DNA from: Azolla caroliniana
Taxonomy: Eukaryota; Plantae; Polypodiophyta
DNA: 64,000 bases
NCBI GenBank assembly: GCA_043228905.1
Contig: JBHGNT010000004.1
Span: 15,748,001 to 15,812,000, forward strand
Direction: 5' to 3'
The notes beneath the pieces were generated by a model. That model made no database searches. It was given only the letters and a program-made list of their open reading frames with translations, and was not told the DNA's origin. The position numbers and the translations under genes were made by a program. The stretch's first letter is position 1. Each line of letters begins with the position of its first letter. Of this stretch, positions 42,201 through 55,780 are shown piece after piece.

Positions 42201-45031
42201 CACGTCCTTTGTAGCGGCACTACAGTAGCAGATAGCGAATAGCCGGGATTTATCGTCGGCGTCTCGAACACACAATCACGAGATTTTGGGTTTGTTTTCT
42301 TGTGCACCGTTAATGTAGCTCCAATACCCTTGGCCGACAAGGTATTGATTCATCTTGTACTCCCAAGATGAATAGTTTCTTTGGTCTAGCTTTTCGCTAG
42401 GGAGTGAGCTTCCCATTTGTGTGTTCATGTTGATTGTTGTGTCTTCCATTTTGTTTTTCTTCTCTTGGTCGCGTACACGTCCTTTGTAGCGGCACTACAG
42501 TAGCAGATAGCGAATAGCCGGGATTTATCGTCGGCGTCTCGAACACACAATCACGAGATTTTGGGTTTGTTTTCTTGTGCACCGTTAATGTAGCTCCAAT
42601 ACCCTTGGCCGACAAGGTATTGATTCATCTTGTACTCCCAAGATGAATAGTTTCTTTGGTCTAGCTTTTCGCTAGGGAGTGAGCTTCCCATTTGTGTGTT
42701 CATGTTGATTGTTGTGTCTTCCATTTTGTTTTTCTTCTCTTGGTCGCGTACACGTCCTTTGTAGCGGCACTACAGTAGCAGATAGCGAATAGCCGGGATT
42801 TATCGTCGGCGTCTCGAACACACAATCACGAGATTTTGGGTTTGTTTTCTTGTGCACCGTTAATGTAGCTCCAATACCCTTGGCCGACAAGGTATTGATT
42901 CATCTTGTACTCCCAAGATGAATAGTTTCTTTGGTCTAGCTTTTCGCTAGGGAGTGAGCTTCCCATTTGTGTGTTCATGTTGATTGTTGTGTCTTCCATT
43001 TTGTTTTTCTTCTCTTGGTCGCGTACACGTCCTTTGTAGCGGCACTACAGTAGCAGATAGCGAATAGCCGGGATTTATCGTCGGCGTCTCGAACACACAA
43101 TCACGAGATTTTGGGTTTGTTTTCTTGTGCACCGTTAATGTAGCTCCAATACCCTTGGCCGACAAGGTATTGATTCATCTTGTACTCCCAAGATGAATAG
43201 TTTCTTTGGTCTAGCTTTTCGCTAGGGAGTGAGCTTCCCATTTGTGTGTTCATGTTGATTGTTGTGTCTTCCATTTTGTTTTTCTTCTCTTGGTCGCGTA
43301 CACGTCCTTTGTAGCGGCACTACAGTAGCAGATAGCGAATAGCCGGGATTTATCGTCGGCGTCTCGAACACACAATCACGAGATTTTGGGTTTGTTTTCT
43401 TGTGCACCGTTAATGTAGCTCCAATACCCTTGGCCGACAAGGTATTGATTCATCTTGTACTCCCAAGATGAATAGTTTCTTTGGTCTAGCTTTTCGCTAG
43501 GGAGTGAGCTTCCCATTTGTGTGTTCATGTTGATTGTTGTGTCTTCCATTTTGTTTTTCTTCTCTTGGTCGCGTACACGTCCTTTGTAGCGGCACTACAG
43601 TAGCAGATAGCGAATAGCCGGGATTTATCGTCGGCGTCTCGAACACACAATCACGAGATTTTGGGTTTGTTTTCTTGTGCACCGTTAATGTAGCTCCAAT
43701 ACCCTTGGCCGACAAGGTATTGATTCATCTTGTACTCCCAAGATGAATAGTTTCTTTGGTCTAGCTTTTCGCTAGGGAGTGAGCTTCCCATTTGTGTGTT
43801 CATGTTGATTGTTGTGTCTTCCATTTTGTTTTTCTTCTCTTGGTCGCGTACACGTCCTTTGTAGCGGCACTACAGTAGCAGATAGCGAATAGCCGGGATT
43901 TATCGTCGGCGTCTCGAACACACAATCACGAGATTTTGGGTTTGTTTTCTTGTGCACCGTTAATGTAGCTCCAATACCCTTGGCCGACAAGGTATTGATT
44001 CATCTTGTACTCCCAAGATGAATAGTTTCTTTGGTCTAGCTTTTCGCTAGGGAGTGAGCTTCCCATTTGTGTGTTCATGTTGATTGTTGTGTCTTCCATT
44101 TTGTTTTTCTTCTCTTGGTCGCGTACACGTCCTTTGTAGCGGCACTACAGTAGCAGATAGCGAATAGCCGGGATTTATCGTCGGCGTCTCGAACACACAA
44201 TCACGAGATTTTGGGTTTGTTTTCTTGTGCACCGTTAATGTAGCTCCAATACCCTTGGCCGACAAGGTATTGATTCATCTTGTACTCCCAAGATGAATAG
44301 TTTCTTTGGTCTAGCTTTTCGCTAGGGAGTGAGCTTCCCATTTGTGTGTTCATGTTGATTGTTGTGTCTTCCATTTTGTTTTTCTTCTCTTGGTCGCGTA
44401 CACGTCCTTTGTAGCGGCACTACAGTAGCAGATAGCGAATAGCCGGGATTTATCGTCGGCGTCTCGAACACACAATCACGAGATTTTGGGTTTGTTTTCT
44501 TGTGCACCGTTAATGTAGCTCCAATACCCTTGGCCGACAAGGTATTGATTCATCTTGTACTCCCAAGATGAATAGTTTCTTTGGTCTAGCTTTTCGCTAG
44601 GGAGTGAGCTTCCCATTTGTGTGTTCATGTTGATTGTTGTGTCTTCCATTTTGTTTTTCTTCTCTTGGTCGCGTACACGTCCTTTGTAGCGGCACTACAG
44701 TAGCAGATAGCGAATAGCCGGGATTTATCGTCGGCGTCTCGAACACACAATCACGAGATTTTGGGTTTGTTTTCTTGTGCACCGTTAATGTAGCTCCAAT
44801 ACCCTTGGCCGACAAGGTATTGATTCATCTTGTACTCCCAAGATGAATAGTTTCTTTGGTCTAGCTTTTCGCTAGGGAGTGAGCTTCCCATTTGTGTGTT
44901 CATGTTGATTGTTGTGTCTTCCATTTTGTTTTTCTTCTCTTGGTCGCGTACACGTCCTTTGTAGCGGCACTACAGTAGCAGATAGCGAATAGCCGGGATT
45001 TATCGTAGGCGTCTCGAACTCACAATCACGA
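39257..45031. repeat. Tandem array of 21 x 275 bp derived from the Copia 5'UTR and gag start
   Basis: Exact 275-bp period (20 identical ORF calls); only the rightmost unit shows visible substitutions (45007, 45020). Confidence 0.97.
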
Positions 45032-46729
45032 ATAAGCAGTGGGCTTAGTGGATTTCCTAAACCACACGCTCTGATACCATGTTAAGTAATTAGGTAACTA
45101 ACTAGGGTTAATTAGAGACTAATTATATGGTTATGTTAAGCAGCGGGAGATTAGTATGATATGCACGTGAGAGTGTGTGAGAGGAAGAGAGAGAGAGAGA
45201 GGAAGTTACACTTGAACATGAAGATAAATGGGGAATGATTGACTATATTGAAAAGTGTCATCAACATACAAAAATACCCACAATGAGGTATATATACAAC
45301 CCATGTGGAAAGGTGCACATGTGTGGGTAGAACATAGGTACTTATGTGTAAGTCCTACATTAAATGTACTAAGGAGTGGAGGATCTAGAATGTCCCACTT
45401 AAGTACAAGGTTCTATTTAAAGCCTTGAGGTCAACACATTAACTAGATTTAATCTAGGTAACTACTAAGTTACATGTGTTGACTAAGTATATTAAACTAG
45501 TTGAGCTTGATATCTCAACACGCAGTAGATCCGATATTCCTCCTGTTGGATCCCCAACTCTCCGATGAAGTCCCTCATCTAGATTACTTCCGTACGGGCT
45601 TGCACGACTGCCATGTACTCCGCTTCCGTTGTTGATAGTGCAACGGACTTCTGTAGTCTCGACTGCCACGATACGGCTCCCCTAGTTATGTGATGACATA
45701 TTTGCATTAGCCGACATGTCCGAGTCAGTCTATCCTTCACGTTGGGGTTTACCTGAGCCAAATCGGAGGCAAATGCTCGAGGTGCCTTTTAGGTATCGGA
45801 GTATCCACTTGATTGTGGCACAATGTTCTCTTCCCGAATTGCTCATGAACCAGCTCACTACTCTGACTGCGTGTTTGATGTTTGGTCGTGTACACACCAT
45901 TGTGTACATGAGGCTTCTGACTGCCGAAGCATACGATATCTTCCTCATTTCTGACTTCTCTTGCTTTTTCTTCGGGCTTTTTTTCCCGGATAGTTTCCAC
46001 TTTTCCAGAAGTGTCCACCCGACTGACTTAGCATATGACATGTTGAACCTATGGAGCACCTTTTGTCACATACATCTCTTATGACAGCCACAACAGCTTC
46101 TTCGTCTGGTCCTAGACTATGTGCATTCCCAATATCTGTCTCACCGGATCCAGATCTTTCATGGCGAAGGCCTTTTTCAGATTCCTGATTTTGATCCGGT
46201 CTAGTGCGACAATCAACATATCATCCACATAGAGTAGGATTATCAGGAAGTCTCCTCCTTCGAATTTCTGCATGAACACGTAGTGGTTGTCCGGCCTCTT
46301 GTGGTATCCTTGGTCGGTCATGAAGGAGTCGAACTTCCGGTACCATTGTCAAAGGAGCTTGCTTCAGTCCGTAAAAGCTCTTCTTCAACCGGTAGACCAG
46401 GTTCTCCTTCCCTTTCTTGACAAATCCCTTCGATTGCTGCATGTTGATCTCTTCCTCGAGGTCCCCGTGAAGGAACGCCATCTTAACATCGAGTTGTTCG
46501 ACCTCCGTTGTCTACTCGAAAAACCTTCAGCTTCCGGCTAGTTTCCCTTTCCACTCTTGCGTGAAATTCCATGAAGATGAATAAAACCTAGTCCTTCATA
46601 TTCAACGGTGAGAACCACAACTTCTGGCTATGGTCATCTATGAATGTCACGAATTACTACGACCCAACATGTGACTTCGTGTCCACCGGGCATACATGGG
46701 TATGCACGAGCTCCAACGGTTCTTTACAT

Positions 46730-47463
46730 TGTGGAGGAAATCCTCGCAGATGTGTAGAAGTTGGGCAGGACCACGGGGGTCTTGAACCAAGGAATCGAGA
46801 AGTGAGGAGGAAGAGTTCGTGGTTTACGTGAGCCCTGAGACCGCGGTTTAAACAGAAAAGATTTAGCAAAACGAGAAAGATAGTGTAAGAGCATCGTGCA
46901 TAGACACAGGCGTAGACAGATATGCTAAGAATAACTTGCATTAGGAGGATAAGCTTCTATTAATCAATATGTGTGCGTAGCGCGGTGCGTGATTACAACC
47001 GGATCAGTGCCGGTGTTCGAGCGTAGGCTCTTCAGTAGTTAAACACAAAGATATAGGGCAAGCAGAAGGTCGATCCCCTGGCCGGGAGCACTCGGGCGTC
47101 TGACACGAGCAGGGGACGCGCCTTCCAGTGTTCTGTCGTAGGAATCCCTTGTCTTCTTTCTTTTTGTCTTCTCTATTTCCTTTTCCTCTCTATAAATATC
47201 ACATCCCCCGTGAACAGTCAAAGGTCGCCCCTTTTATAGCACAAGGAGCGACCGTTACAAAGCATTCATGACTTTTCGCTTTCCCTTCCTAGAATCTCCC
47301 CCATGATTCGCTCTCCTCGTAACTCTCCCATGTCGGAATCCCTAATAATGCCTTAACTACCTAGTACACCTCCTTTTTCCTATGCCTAGTACTTACACTA
47401 TCTAATTCACTAGGGGTGTGCACGAGTGCACACCAGTACCTATGGCCCGGAATCTTCACGACA
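46730..47463 (-). mobile_element. Solo LTR of the 4-bp-TSD Gypsy group
   Basis: TG..CTTCACGACA ends; GGACCAC.GGGGTC motif shared with 37717, 32845 and 60261; TSD ACAT/ACGT restores the host integrase. Confidence 0.8.
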
Positions 47464-50400
47464 ACGTCTTGTTGGTGGTCAAGTTTGGAAAGTGGTTCGT
47501 TTCTGTTTGCCGGCCAAACAATCGGTGCACATCGTTTACCTCTGGAATGAGGTTATCCTCGGCAAGTCTTCTCATCCCTTTCGGGCTCATGTGGCACAAC
47601 CTCTTGTGCCGCAACTCACCTACAATGTCTGCTGTGACATTTACCTTTTCTCAGTAAATTTGGGCATGCATCAGGTACAGAGTGTTGATATTCTCGGATC
47701 GGGTCACGATCAAGCCCACTTTGCTGAATTTCATGACTCCGTTCTAGATGCTACCCATGTCGCCTTCACCGTCCAGCCAACTGGTTGATATCAGGTTCAA
47801 CCGAACCTCCGGAACGTGTCAGACATCTTTCCACAGCAACTTACACTCGGTTGACATTCCTAGCCACACATCTCCTATGCTGAAAATTTGGCATGCACCT
47901 TCATTCCCCATCCTCACACAACCGTGATCTCCCAGCTATGTAGGATGTGAAGCACTTTCGGTCGGGAATCAGATGGAACGATGCTCAGGAATCGACCACC
48001 CGCATCGTTTCATCGCTGACAAGATGTAGCTCGCTCTCCTCGGTAATGAGCAACAATTCTTCTTCACTTGTCGTGATTGCCGATGTTCCTTTCCAATCCG
48101 AACTCTTTCGATCGAAACCCTTCTTTGACTCAACATTGTCGGCTCCCCCTTTCTCTTTCCGGAAGTGTCGGCAGTTCTTTTGGAAGTGCCCCGGCTTCCC
48201 ACAATACAAGCACGTGGGCCTCCCCCTTGATTTGACCTCGTTCCCGACTTGTATCGGTTCGAGGGACTCCGATTCTAGCCTCTTCCTCGTCGTGCATTGG
48301 TTTTCGTAACCAAGGCCTTCGGATCGGTTCCGGTTTCCCGGTCCTTCCAGCGAGCTTCTTCATCTAGCAAGCTTGATTTTACCCTTGCTAGGGATAGTGT
48401 TTCCCTTCCAGCCTAGCGTTGCCCAAAGTGACAACTAACGTCTCCCAGCTATTCGGGAGGGAACCAAGCAGCAACAACGGAAGTACCTCGTCAGCTAGAG
48501 GTACTTCCAACGAGGTAGTCTAATTTATAACCCCCAAGAAGGCATTCATGTGCTCCACCATGCTGGAGCCGCTTGATATCTGAGTCTCACCAACTTCTGG
48601 AATACTGATGCCTATCTTCTCCTAGAGTTCATGAGCTTTACTCTCTTCATTGGAGTTATTGTATAGAACACCGGGTCATTTAAAATAGATAATATGTCGC
48701 ATTCCTTTATTGATAAATACATTAGATGTTAAGAACTACAATTTTTTAACAAACTTTCAAGAGTGTATCACGCGTGCACAAATGACTTTTAGAAACATCA
48801 ATAAAAAGCATAGTTAATATTATCAAGATTTCAAATTTAACCTATATTTTCTCAGTTCATACACATATTTAGCCAGACATTCAATGGGTTACGAGAATGC
48901 TTTCAACTATCATTGTAATATGCTTCATTTTACATAATGTTGAATTTGAATCCAATTGAACAATTTTAGAAACACAATTTTAATGTTATATTTCTCTCTA
49001 ACTCCTATAAAGCTTGTTATATTAAATGAGCAAATTGCATTTTTGGGTATAATTAGACACATATTCACAAGTGTACCTCACATGCCCAAGAACTTCTATG
49101 AACATTATATCCCAATCATATATGAACAACCTAAATGTAATATCAAGTGAGCAACAACGTTGACTTAATATTATTTTGTACACTCGAAACTAAATAACCA
49201 AGATTAAAGAGCTCAGAAATCTTAGAATAAAGCTAAATTCAATTATATTAATAAAGAAACAATTATAACCAACATTTGTCATACAATCGATAAGTTCATC
49301 ATCATCTATTCAATAAAAATCATACTTAACAACCACATACTTTGCGAGTCAACCAATACAAATATATGATAGACACTTAAAGTTTGCAAACCAATCAGAT
49401 AGTGTAAAGAAATGGTACTCAAACAAAATAATCTTATATTCCAAAACAAGTTTAGTGTTACAATTTTATAGTTACAAATACAAACTAATATACAATCACT
49501 CCATTAGGAGGTCTAGAACAAGTTGCTCTCCAAGATCAGCTGACAGTGGTGCTGCATCAACATGTTCTGTCTCCTCAGCTGAATCTTGTATATGATCAGA
49601 ACCCGGTGCATCTTCAAGGTCAACAAGGTCGCCTCCTTCCTCGTCTATATGTTCCATCGGCTCTCTAGAGGCCATCTGAAACATGTATGCTTCGTTGATA
49701 TGCTTTGCCTCAACCTCTTGGTCCTAGTCGGGACAGTCCTAGATGCCTTGGATCCTTATCTTAATAAATTTGACTTGGTCGGGGTCCTTTTCTAATGCGA
49801 CGCAAATCCTAAACAATTTAAGAGCACATGCAGTCGTCGTTCCTAAATAAACAATCACACATACAAAAGTAACAAAACAAGACAAGAAATAATATTTCAT
49901 TTTAAAAAAAATTGATGAAACTTAGGAGATTACCTGTTCTAGAAAATAAGTGGAGAACCCAATCATCAGGGTTCGAGAACAACTCGACCAATCGATTAAT
50001 CAATCGTTGGGGCTTTTGATAAGGGTTTACTAAACTCTTATCGCCAAACACGTGGCACAATTTCTTCGTTACAACTCGGCACATGATATAGTTGACAACG
50101 TTCCGCTCATTAACATGCGCTATTTCCTGCGCACTCACACATACATAGTTGTCATTTCTCGCATGCTCATTTGATTTCCAATTCGCGTTCTCTCGTACAT
50201 CCTCATCGCGTAGCATTCATCAACGTCTTCCAAACATCGTCACCATTTCCTGGACATTGTTCGTCACCTCTCATTCCTCAACTTTGTCTTGCACATCATC
50301 AATTAGATTCCTCGTTCTCGCGCATATCATATATTATTGTTTCCCAAACATTGTCGTCGTTGTTACTTGTTCATTTATGCCATTTCTCGCACATCCTACA

Positions 50401-52373
50401 ACCACATATCCGTCTTGCACTTCTTCTCCAAAGAGGTTCGCCATTGTCGTTGGCAAAATAATGTTATAGGTTTAGGGTTTTTCGGTGATAATAGTGTTGA
50501 TGAAGATGGTAATGGTGAGTGTGATGATGATGGCAATGAACATTGCATGGTTGATGACGATGGAGATGGCAAAGATGTTGATAAGCATTGCAGGATGGGG
50601 GGTGGTGCCTAGAATGACTCCATCCCCCTCCCAACGGGGTTCAACGTAGGAGAGAGAGAGAGAGCGAGAGAGAGAGAGAACGTCAAAGAGGGAGAGAAAT
50701 GAGAGAGAACTTCTTCATTATTTCATTCATTCCCCATAAGGGGGTTAAATAATACAATGAGGGGTTAGATACATAGGGGTGCATGCCCCTTTACCCATTC
50801 ACACATATCACTCACTCACACCCTTTCCTATCTGCCCACACTTACACATATACTCACACTTGTAATTGTTTACAAATTATACATTCACACAACAGTATAA
50901 TCTTTCACCCTTACTCATAACACTCAAATCTCCGTACATCTCATATAGTTAACACATGGCACGCTCGTGGGACAATACATTGCACATCAATCCCACATGC
51001 CTTGATCATCATCTCTATTCAATTGGAACTTCATCGGTCTTCTCTGTGATTGACTCCCTCAACTAGAATGCTTGACCCAAACATCCCATTAAGTCAGCAT
51101 CTATTCAACGACACAAACATCTCGTTCTGTCGGCACACAAACATCGGCATGGGTCCAAAATCACGTTGTGTGCATGTGTGTTCTTCCTTGTATTTTGTGA
51201 GTTGTTGTGAGTCGATCTTGTCCATTTTCTCCACGTTCATGTGTTTTTAAAATTAGGCATTTATTGTACGCTCACGATTTTAATTTTTTTTTGGTTACGA
51301 CCAGATTTTTGAAATTTGTCTCATGCCCCTACCTTTTTCTTTTTCCCTCTGCTTTTATTTATTTACTTATTTATTATTATTATTATTATTTTCTCTTGGA
51401 TTCTGCTGCAACGGGGACCATTCGTCCTTTGGCCTACGTTCTTCTTCTTCCTCCTACGTTTTCCTACGTCTTCTTCTCCTTTCTTTCTAGTTCTCTCTCA
51501 TTCTCCTTCTCTGTCTCCTACTTCTTCTGCTTGTTTTCTTCTTCTTTTTGCTCCCTCTTCTTCTTCTTCCTCTTTTTCTCTATTCTTCTTCTGCTGCTAC
51601 TACTGCTTCTCCTCCTCCTCCTCCTCCTCCTTCTTCTTTTTCTCTATTCTTCTTCTTCTACTTCTCCTTGCTCTTGGTTGTTGTTGTCATCGTCGTCGGT
51701 GCTCTGTTCGTCTGCATATGTGTCTCCATCACTTTGCGGCATCTTTGTCCGTTGTCCATCTTCGTTGTCCGGCCGCCCGTCTTGTGGCCGTCCGACCGTG
51801 TTTGTCTGTCATCCACTTTCTCTGTCGGCCTTGTTCGGCCGTTGATTATTGGCCACAGCCGCTGCTTAATCCGTTCTTCGACCGCTTCCCGGTCGTTGCC
51901 GTTGTTCTAGTCTCTTGTCCGACTACTATTTTCCATCGGTTGTCCAGCCGTTAGTCTCCATCCTCCTCCTCCTCCTCCTCATTCAGGCCGCTGTCGAGCC
52001 ATCGGTCGGTTGGTTGGCAATTCCGGCTGCTCCGACCACTCATTGGCCACTGTTCCGGTCACTCTTCTCTTCTCTTCTACTGCTGTCCGTTCCTTTTTGT
52101 CGTCACTCTCCATCTTCTCGTCTTTCTGGGCACCTCTCAGTTGCTATCCGTCCCTTCATTTGTCGTTTTGGTCGTCGACCTCTACCTCCACCTCGACCGT
52201 CTCTGTCATCGTCCGCCCGTCCTCTCGGTCATTTCTATCATTTCCTATCCGTCGTTTGCCATCTATGTCCCCATCTTTGTTCGTTATTGCTTTTCGGCAT
52301 TCTCTTTCAGCCATCGGTTGTCCAAGCGACCCATCCTGCGTTTCCGGCCGTGCCTTTCCGGTCGCTGCTGTCG

Positions 52374-53808
52374 TGTAAATCTTCTCACACTATGTAAAAA
52401 ATAATAAATATAAATAAAAATAAAATAATAAAATAAGTACTTTATATTAGCTTAATGGCATGTTATAGAAGATGGATGTTTGAGAAGATAAGGAAAATAG
52501 AACTATTATTTATCCCACATAGATAGGAAACTTAAGGCCCTGGCTATAGAACCACCTTGAGCTCCCTCATTTTTCATTTATGCTAAGAGCACTTTGGCCA
52601 CTTTGTCTTGATGGATGATGGTGGCCAAATTCCCTAAAACCAGAAACCGGCCGGTAAGCAAATCCGGAAACCGGTAAAGGCCGGTAAGCAAAACTGGAAC
52701 TGGAACCGGCAAGCAAACCGGAACCGGAAACCGGCCGGTAAACAAATTTGGAAACCGGCCGATCAGCAAATCCGGAAACCGGAAAAAGGCCGGTAAGCAA
52801 AACTGGAACTGGAACCGGCAAGCAAACCGGAACCGGAAACCGGCCGGTAAGCAAAACTGGAACCGGAATCGGCAAGCAAACCAGAACCGGAACAAGAATC
52901 GGCAAGCAAACCAGAACCGGAACCGGTCGGCAAGCAAAACCGGAACCAGAACCGGTATGCAAACCGGAAACCAGCCGGTAAGCAAAACCGGAACCGGAAC
53001 CGACAAGCAAACCGGAACCAGAACTGGCCGGCAAGCAAATCTGGAACCAGAACTGGCAAGCAAAATGGAACCAGCCGGCGAGGGATTCGACGATCGGGCG
53101 GAACCGGCTACCGGACGAGGTTGGAAGCGGACGGACGGAAGATTGGATCATGCAACAAACTAAAGTAAAGTGAAGAGAACTAAAGTAAAGGCCATGTGGA
53201 CGCAAGCAACTAAAGTTGGAGTGCATGCAAAAAGTAAAGGTCATGTGGACGGTCACATGCAACTAAACGAAAAAGCCATGCAACTAAAAATAGATGCAAC
53301 TAAAAGAAAAAGCTAAGCAACTAAAAGTAGAGGCCATGCAACAAAAAGTGGACATGCAGATGATCAAGGGAGAACTCCATATAAAATTCCATTTTTTTCG
53401 ATACACTCATCCTCTCTCCATATTATATTATTTTTCTTTTCCTTCGGAGCTCCCCTATCTTATCGAAGCCATATCTCTCAAGTAAAACCCAAATTTCCTT
53501 ACGGAAGCCATATCTTACTCATAACTCTAAATTTCCATACGGAAGCTATTCAACTCATAAAACCATAATCTCTTATGAAAGCCAAGAACCCTAAATCTCT
53601 ATGGAATCCATATCTTAGTTTCTTGTAATCTATTATTCTAGCAATCTCCTTAAGATAAAACTTTTGTAATGTCAATCTTGAGATTGATTGTAATCTTTCT
53701 TTCCCTTTATTAATGAAATTTGTGAATCTTTATCATTTTGTATTAATTGTTTAATATAATCATACGAATCTGATATCTTGCGGTCGGAGGCCCCGGGCTC
53801 CTACCTCA
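52374..53808 (+). mobile_element. Possible solo LTR (ends and TSD unresolved)
   Basis: Repeat-rich block, TATA-like CATATAAAA at ~53378, T-rich distal part ending CCTCA. Confidence 0.35.
52635..53080. repeat. ACCGG-rich minisatellite (GCAAACCGGAACCGGAA-like ~21-23-bp units)
   Basis: About 20 imperfect units. Confidence 0.9.
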
Positions 53809-54431
53809 AAGTTCACGTATCCTCGTCGTATTTTCGCGACACCGCTATGACCGATCGACCGTTCTTTCGTCTCTATTCGTTCATCGCTGCCATTCTCACG
53901 CTTTTCCACACACGCACGTTGTCGCTATTTCTTGTGCACTCGCACATGTTTCTCGCATACTCATGTTGATTTCCATTTCGCGCTCTCTTGCATAGCATTC
54001 ATCGACATCTTCCAAACATCATCACCATTTCCCCCACATTGTCCATTGCCTCTCATTCCTCAACTTCATTTTGCACATCATCAATTCTATTCCTCGTTCT
54101 CACGTATATCATATATTGTTGTTTCCTAAACATTGTCGTCACCATTACTCGTTCATTTATGCCATTTCTCGCAAATCGTGCGGCCACATATCCTTCTTGG
54201 ACTTCATCTCCAAAGGGGTTCCCCGTTGTCATCGCCAAAATAGTGTTATATGTTTAGGTAGGTTTAGGGTTTGTGGGCAATAATAATGTTGATGACGAAC
54301 GATGGTAATGGTGAATCTGATGATGATGGCAATGAACGTTGCGCGATTGATGGCGATGGAGATGGAAAAGATGTTGATAAGCATTGCGGGGTGGGGGGTG
54401 GTGCCTAGAATGTCTCTATCGACAGAGACAT

Positions 54432-54488
<57 letters not shown>

Positions 54489-55645
54489 CTCTTCATTATT
54501 TCATTAATTCCCCATAAGGGTTTAGGGTTTGTTGGTGATAATAATGTTCATAAAGATAGTAATGGTGAGTGTGATGATGATGGCAATGAACGTTGCGAGA
54601 TTGATGGCGATGGAGATGGCAAAGATGTTGATAAGCATTGTAGGGTGGGGGGTGGTGCCTAGAATGGCTCCATCTCGGGAGAGAGAGAGAGAGAGAACTT
54701 CATTATTTCATTCATTCCCAATAAGGGGGTTAAACAATACAATGAGGGGTTAGATACATAGGGGTGCATGCCCCTTTACGCATCCACACATATCACTCAA
54801 TCACACCCTTTCCTATTTGTCCACACTTACGCATATACTCACACTTGTAATTGTATATATTACACATTCACATAACACTATAATCTTTCACCCTCACTCA
54901 TAACACTCAAATCTCTGCACATCTCGTACGGTTAACAAAACACGTCGTAGAAGCCGAATCAGCTAGCTTGGTCACTAAGGCACCAAATCAGGTTAAGGAG
55001 AAATTAGTTCGACTAAGTCGGACAAAGAGATGACTTTGGACATTCCGTTATGAACACTTCGAGAAATTGATAGTGGATTGGTTACAACCTTTTAGACTAG
55101 TTGATTCGGCTTCTCCAATTGAGTCTCTACCGATCCGGCAATCAACGGAACTATCTTAAACTTCTCTCTATATAAATCTATATCTCAGTTTACTCTCTTA
55201 TTACAAATTTTTTGTTTCAACACGTTCGCATTCACAAGTGGAAGGATCACTCATTTCACTTGTAGATTCCTTTTATAATCTTGTGAGTTTAAGCGATTTT
55301 CAAAAACTTGATACACTAGTATCACATGTTTTAAATAGCATATAGCATTTGCTGATTTTTTGAGATTTAACAAGTGTCAAAATGATAACTTTTAAAATTG
55401 AATAGTTTTTCAATAAATGTTTAAACATTAACGGTCTATAGTTATGAAATGTAGTTAACTTAAAGAAAATCACAATGGTTAACTCAAAGCACAACTTAAG
55501 ATTAATGGTTTCACCATCTTAAGGAGATGTAGGTTCTAGAAGTGGAAGTGACATCTATTATTAGTGAAAATCTTTGAAGTATAAGAGGTGACAATCTAAT
55601 CCTTAGTGTCATCAACATCTATAAATTTAGTGCTCATCAACATCC

Positions 55646-55780
55646 ATAAATTCACAACTCAAGAAATGTAGACAATATTCATAAATAGTTCAGATAAATT
55701 CACAACTCAAGAAATGTAGACAATATTCATAAATAGTTTTGATAAATTCACAACTCCAAAAATGTAGGCAATATTCATAA
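55646..55780. repeat. 48-bp tandem repeat (~2.8 copies) in the putative intron
   Basis: ATAAATTCACAACTCAAGAAATGTAGACAATATTCATAAATAG repeated. Confidence 0.9.

Larger units (their letters stand above)
17777..45520 (-). mobile_element. RT-less Copia element (gag-PR-INT); 3' LTR 17777-19480 (interrupted), 5' LTR 45080-45520; hosts several insertions
   Basis: Matching LTRs TGTTAAGTAATT..CTCAACA; PBS at 45079-45068; PPT at 19490-19481; degenerate TSD CACAA/CGCAG; coding pieces at 38332-39424, 35020-35240, 33749-34305 and 19481-20560. Confidence 0.88.
9318..48667 (-). mobile_element. Tork/Tnt1-like Copia host element split by nested insertions (3' LTR 9318-9766 + 17404-17530; internal 17531-17776, 45521-46729, 47464-48667)
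   Basis: PPT at 17540-17531; the RNaseH IYC..SAIHLAKN region is rejoined across 45521/17776; [10 protein letters not shown] at ~46230; protease VVDS and CCHC YCGKPGHFQKNC at ~48000-48200; similar to the element at 61373. INT-RT has an internal deletion, and the 5' end is absent from the window. Confidence 0.85.
50116..54937 (-). mobile_element. Non-autonomous (LARD-like) Gypsy; LTRs 50116-50954 and ~53920-54937, the latter with an internal ~210-260-bp duplication
   Basis: Long direct repeats ending GTTAACA; degenerate TSD TAACA/AAACA; low-complexity non-coding interior; same LTR-adjacent CATGGCACGC.CGTGGGA motif as 20993. Confidence 0.8.
50104..55222. mobile_element. Short solo LTR (50104-50115 + 54938-55222) split by a younger element
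   Basis: TSD CGTTC at 50099-50103 and 55223-55227; TATA motif and ...TTTCAACA end. Confidence 0.55.

Noticed and set aside
39372-44815. Twenty identical 72-aa ORFs, or a CRISPR-like array
   Set aside because: The ORFs are an off-frame by-product of the 275-bp repeat; there are no variable spacers or cas genes.
50120-50149. Splice acceptor (GCAG|GAAATA) for the MTase exon
   Set aside because: It lies inside the LTR starting at 50116 (matches 53923-53947), so the N-terminal part of ORF 49902-50216 is insertion-derived.
50469-50480. TTTAGGG as an interstitial telomere (also ~54262 and 54520)
   Set aside because: These are isolated telo-box-like motifs within LTRs, not an array.
51207-52404. 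Leu/Ser/Phe-rich membrane-protein-like ORFs
   Set aside because: CT-rich low-complexity DNA is open in several frames and shows no domain motifs.
52567-53262. Repetitive PVPV/TGTG ORFs (similarly 24112-24946)
   Set aside because: These are translations of minisatellites lacking stop codons.
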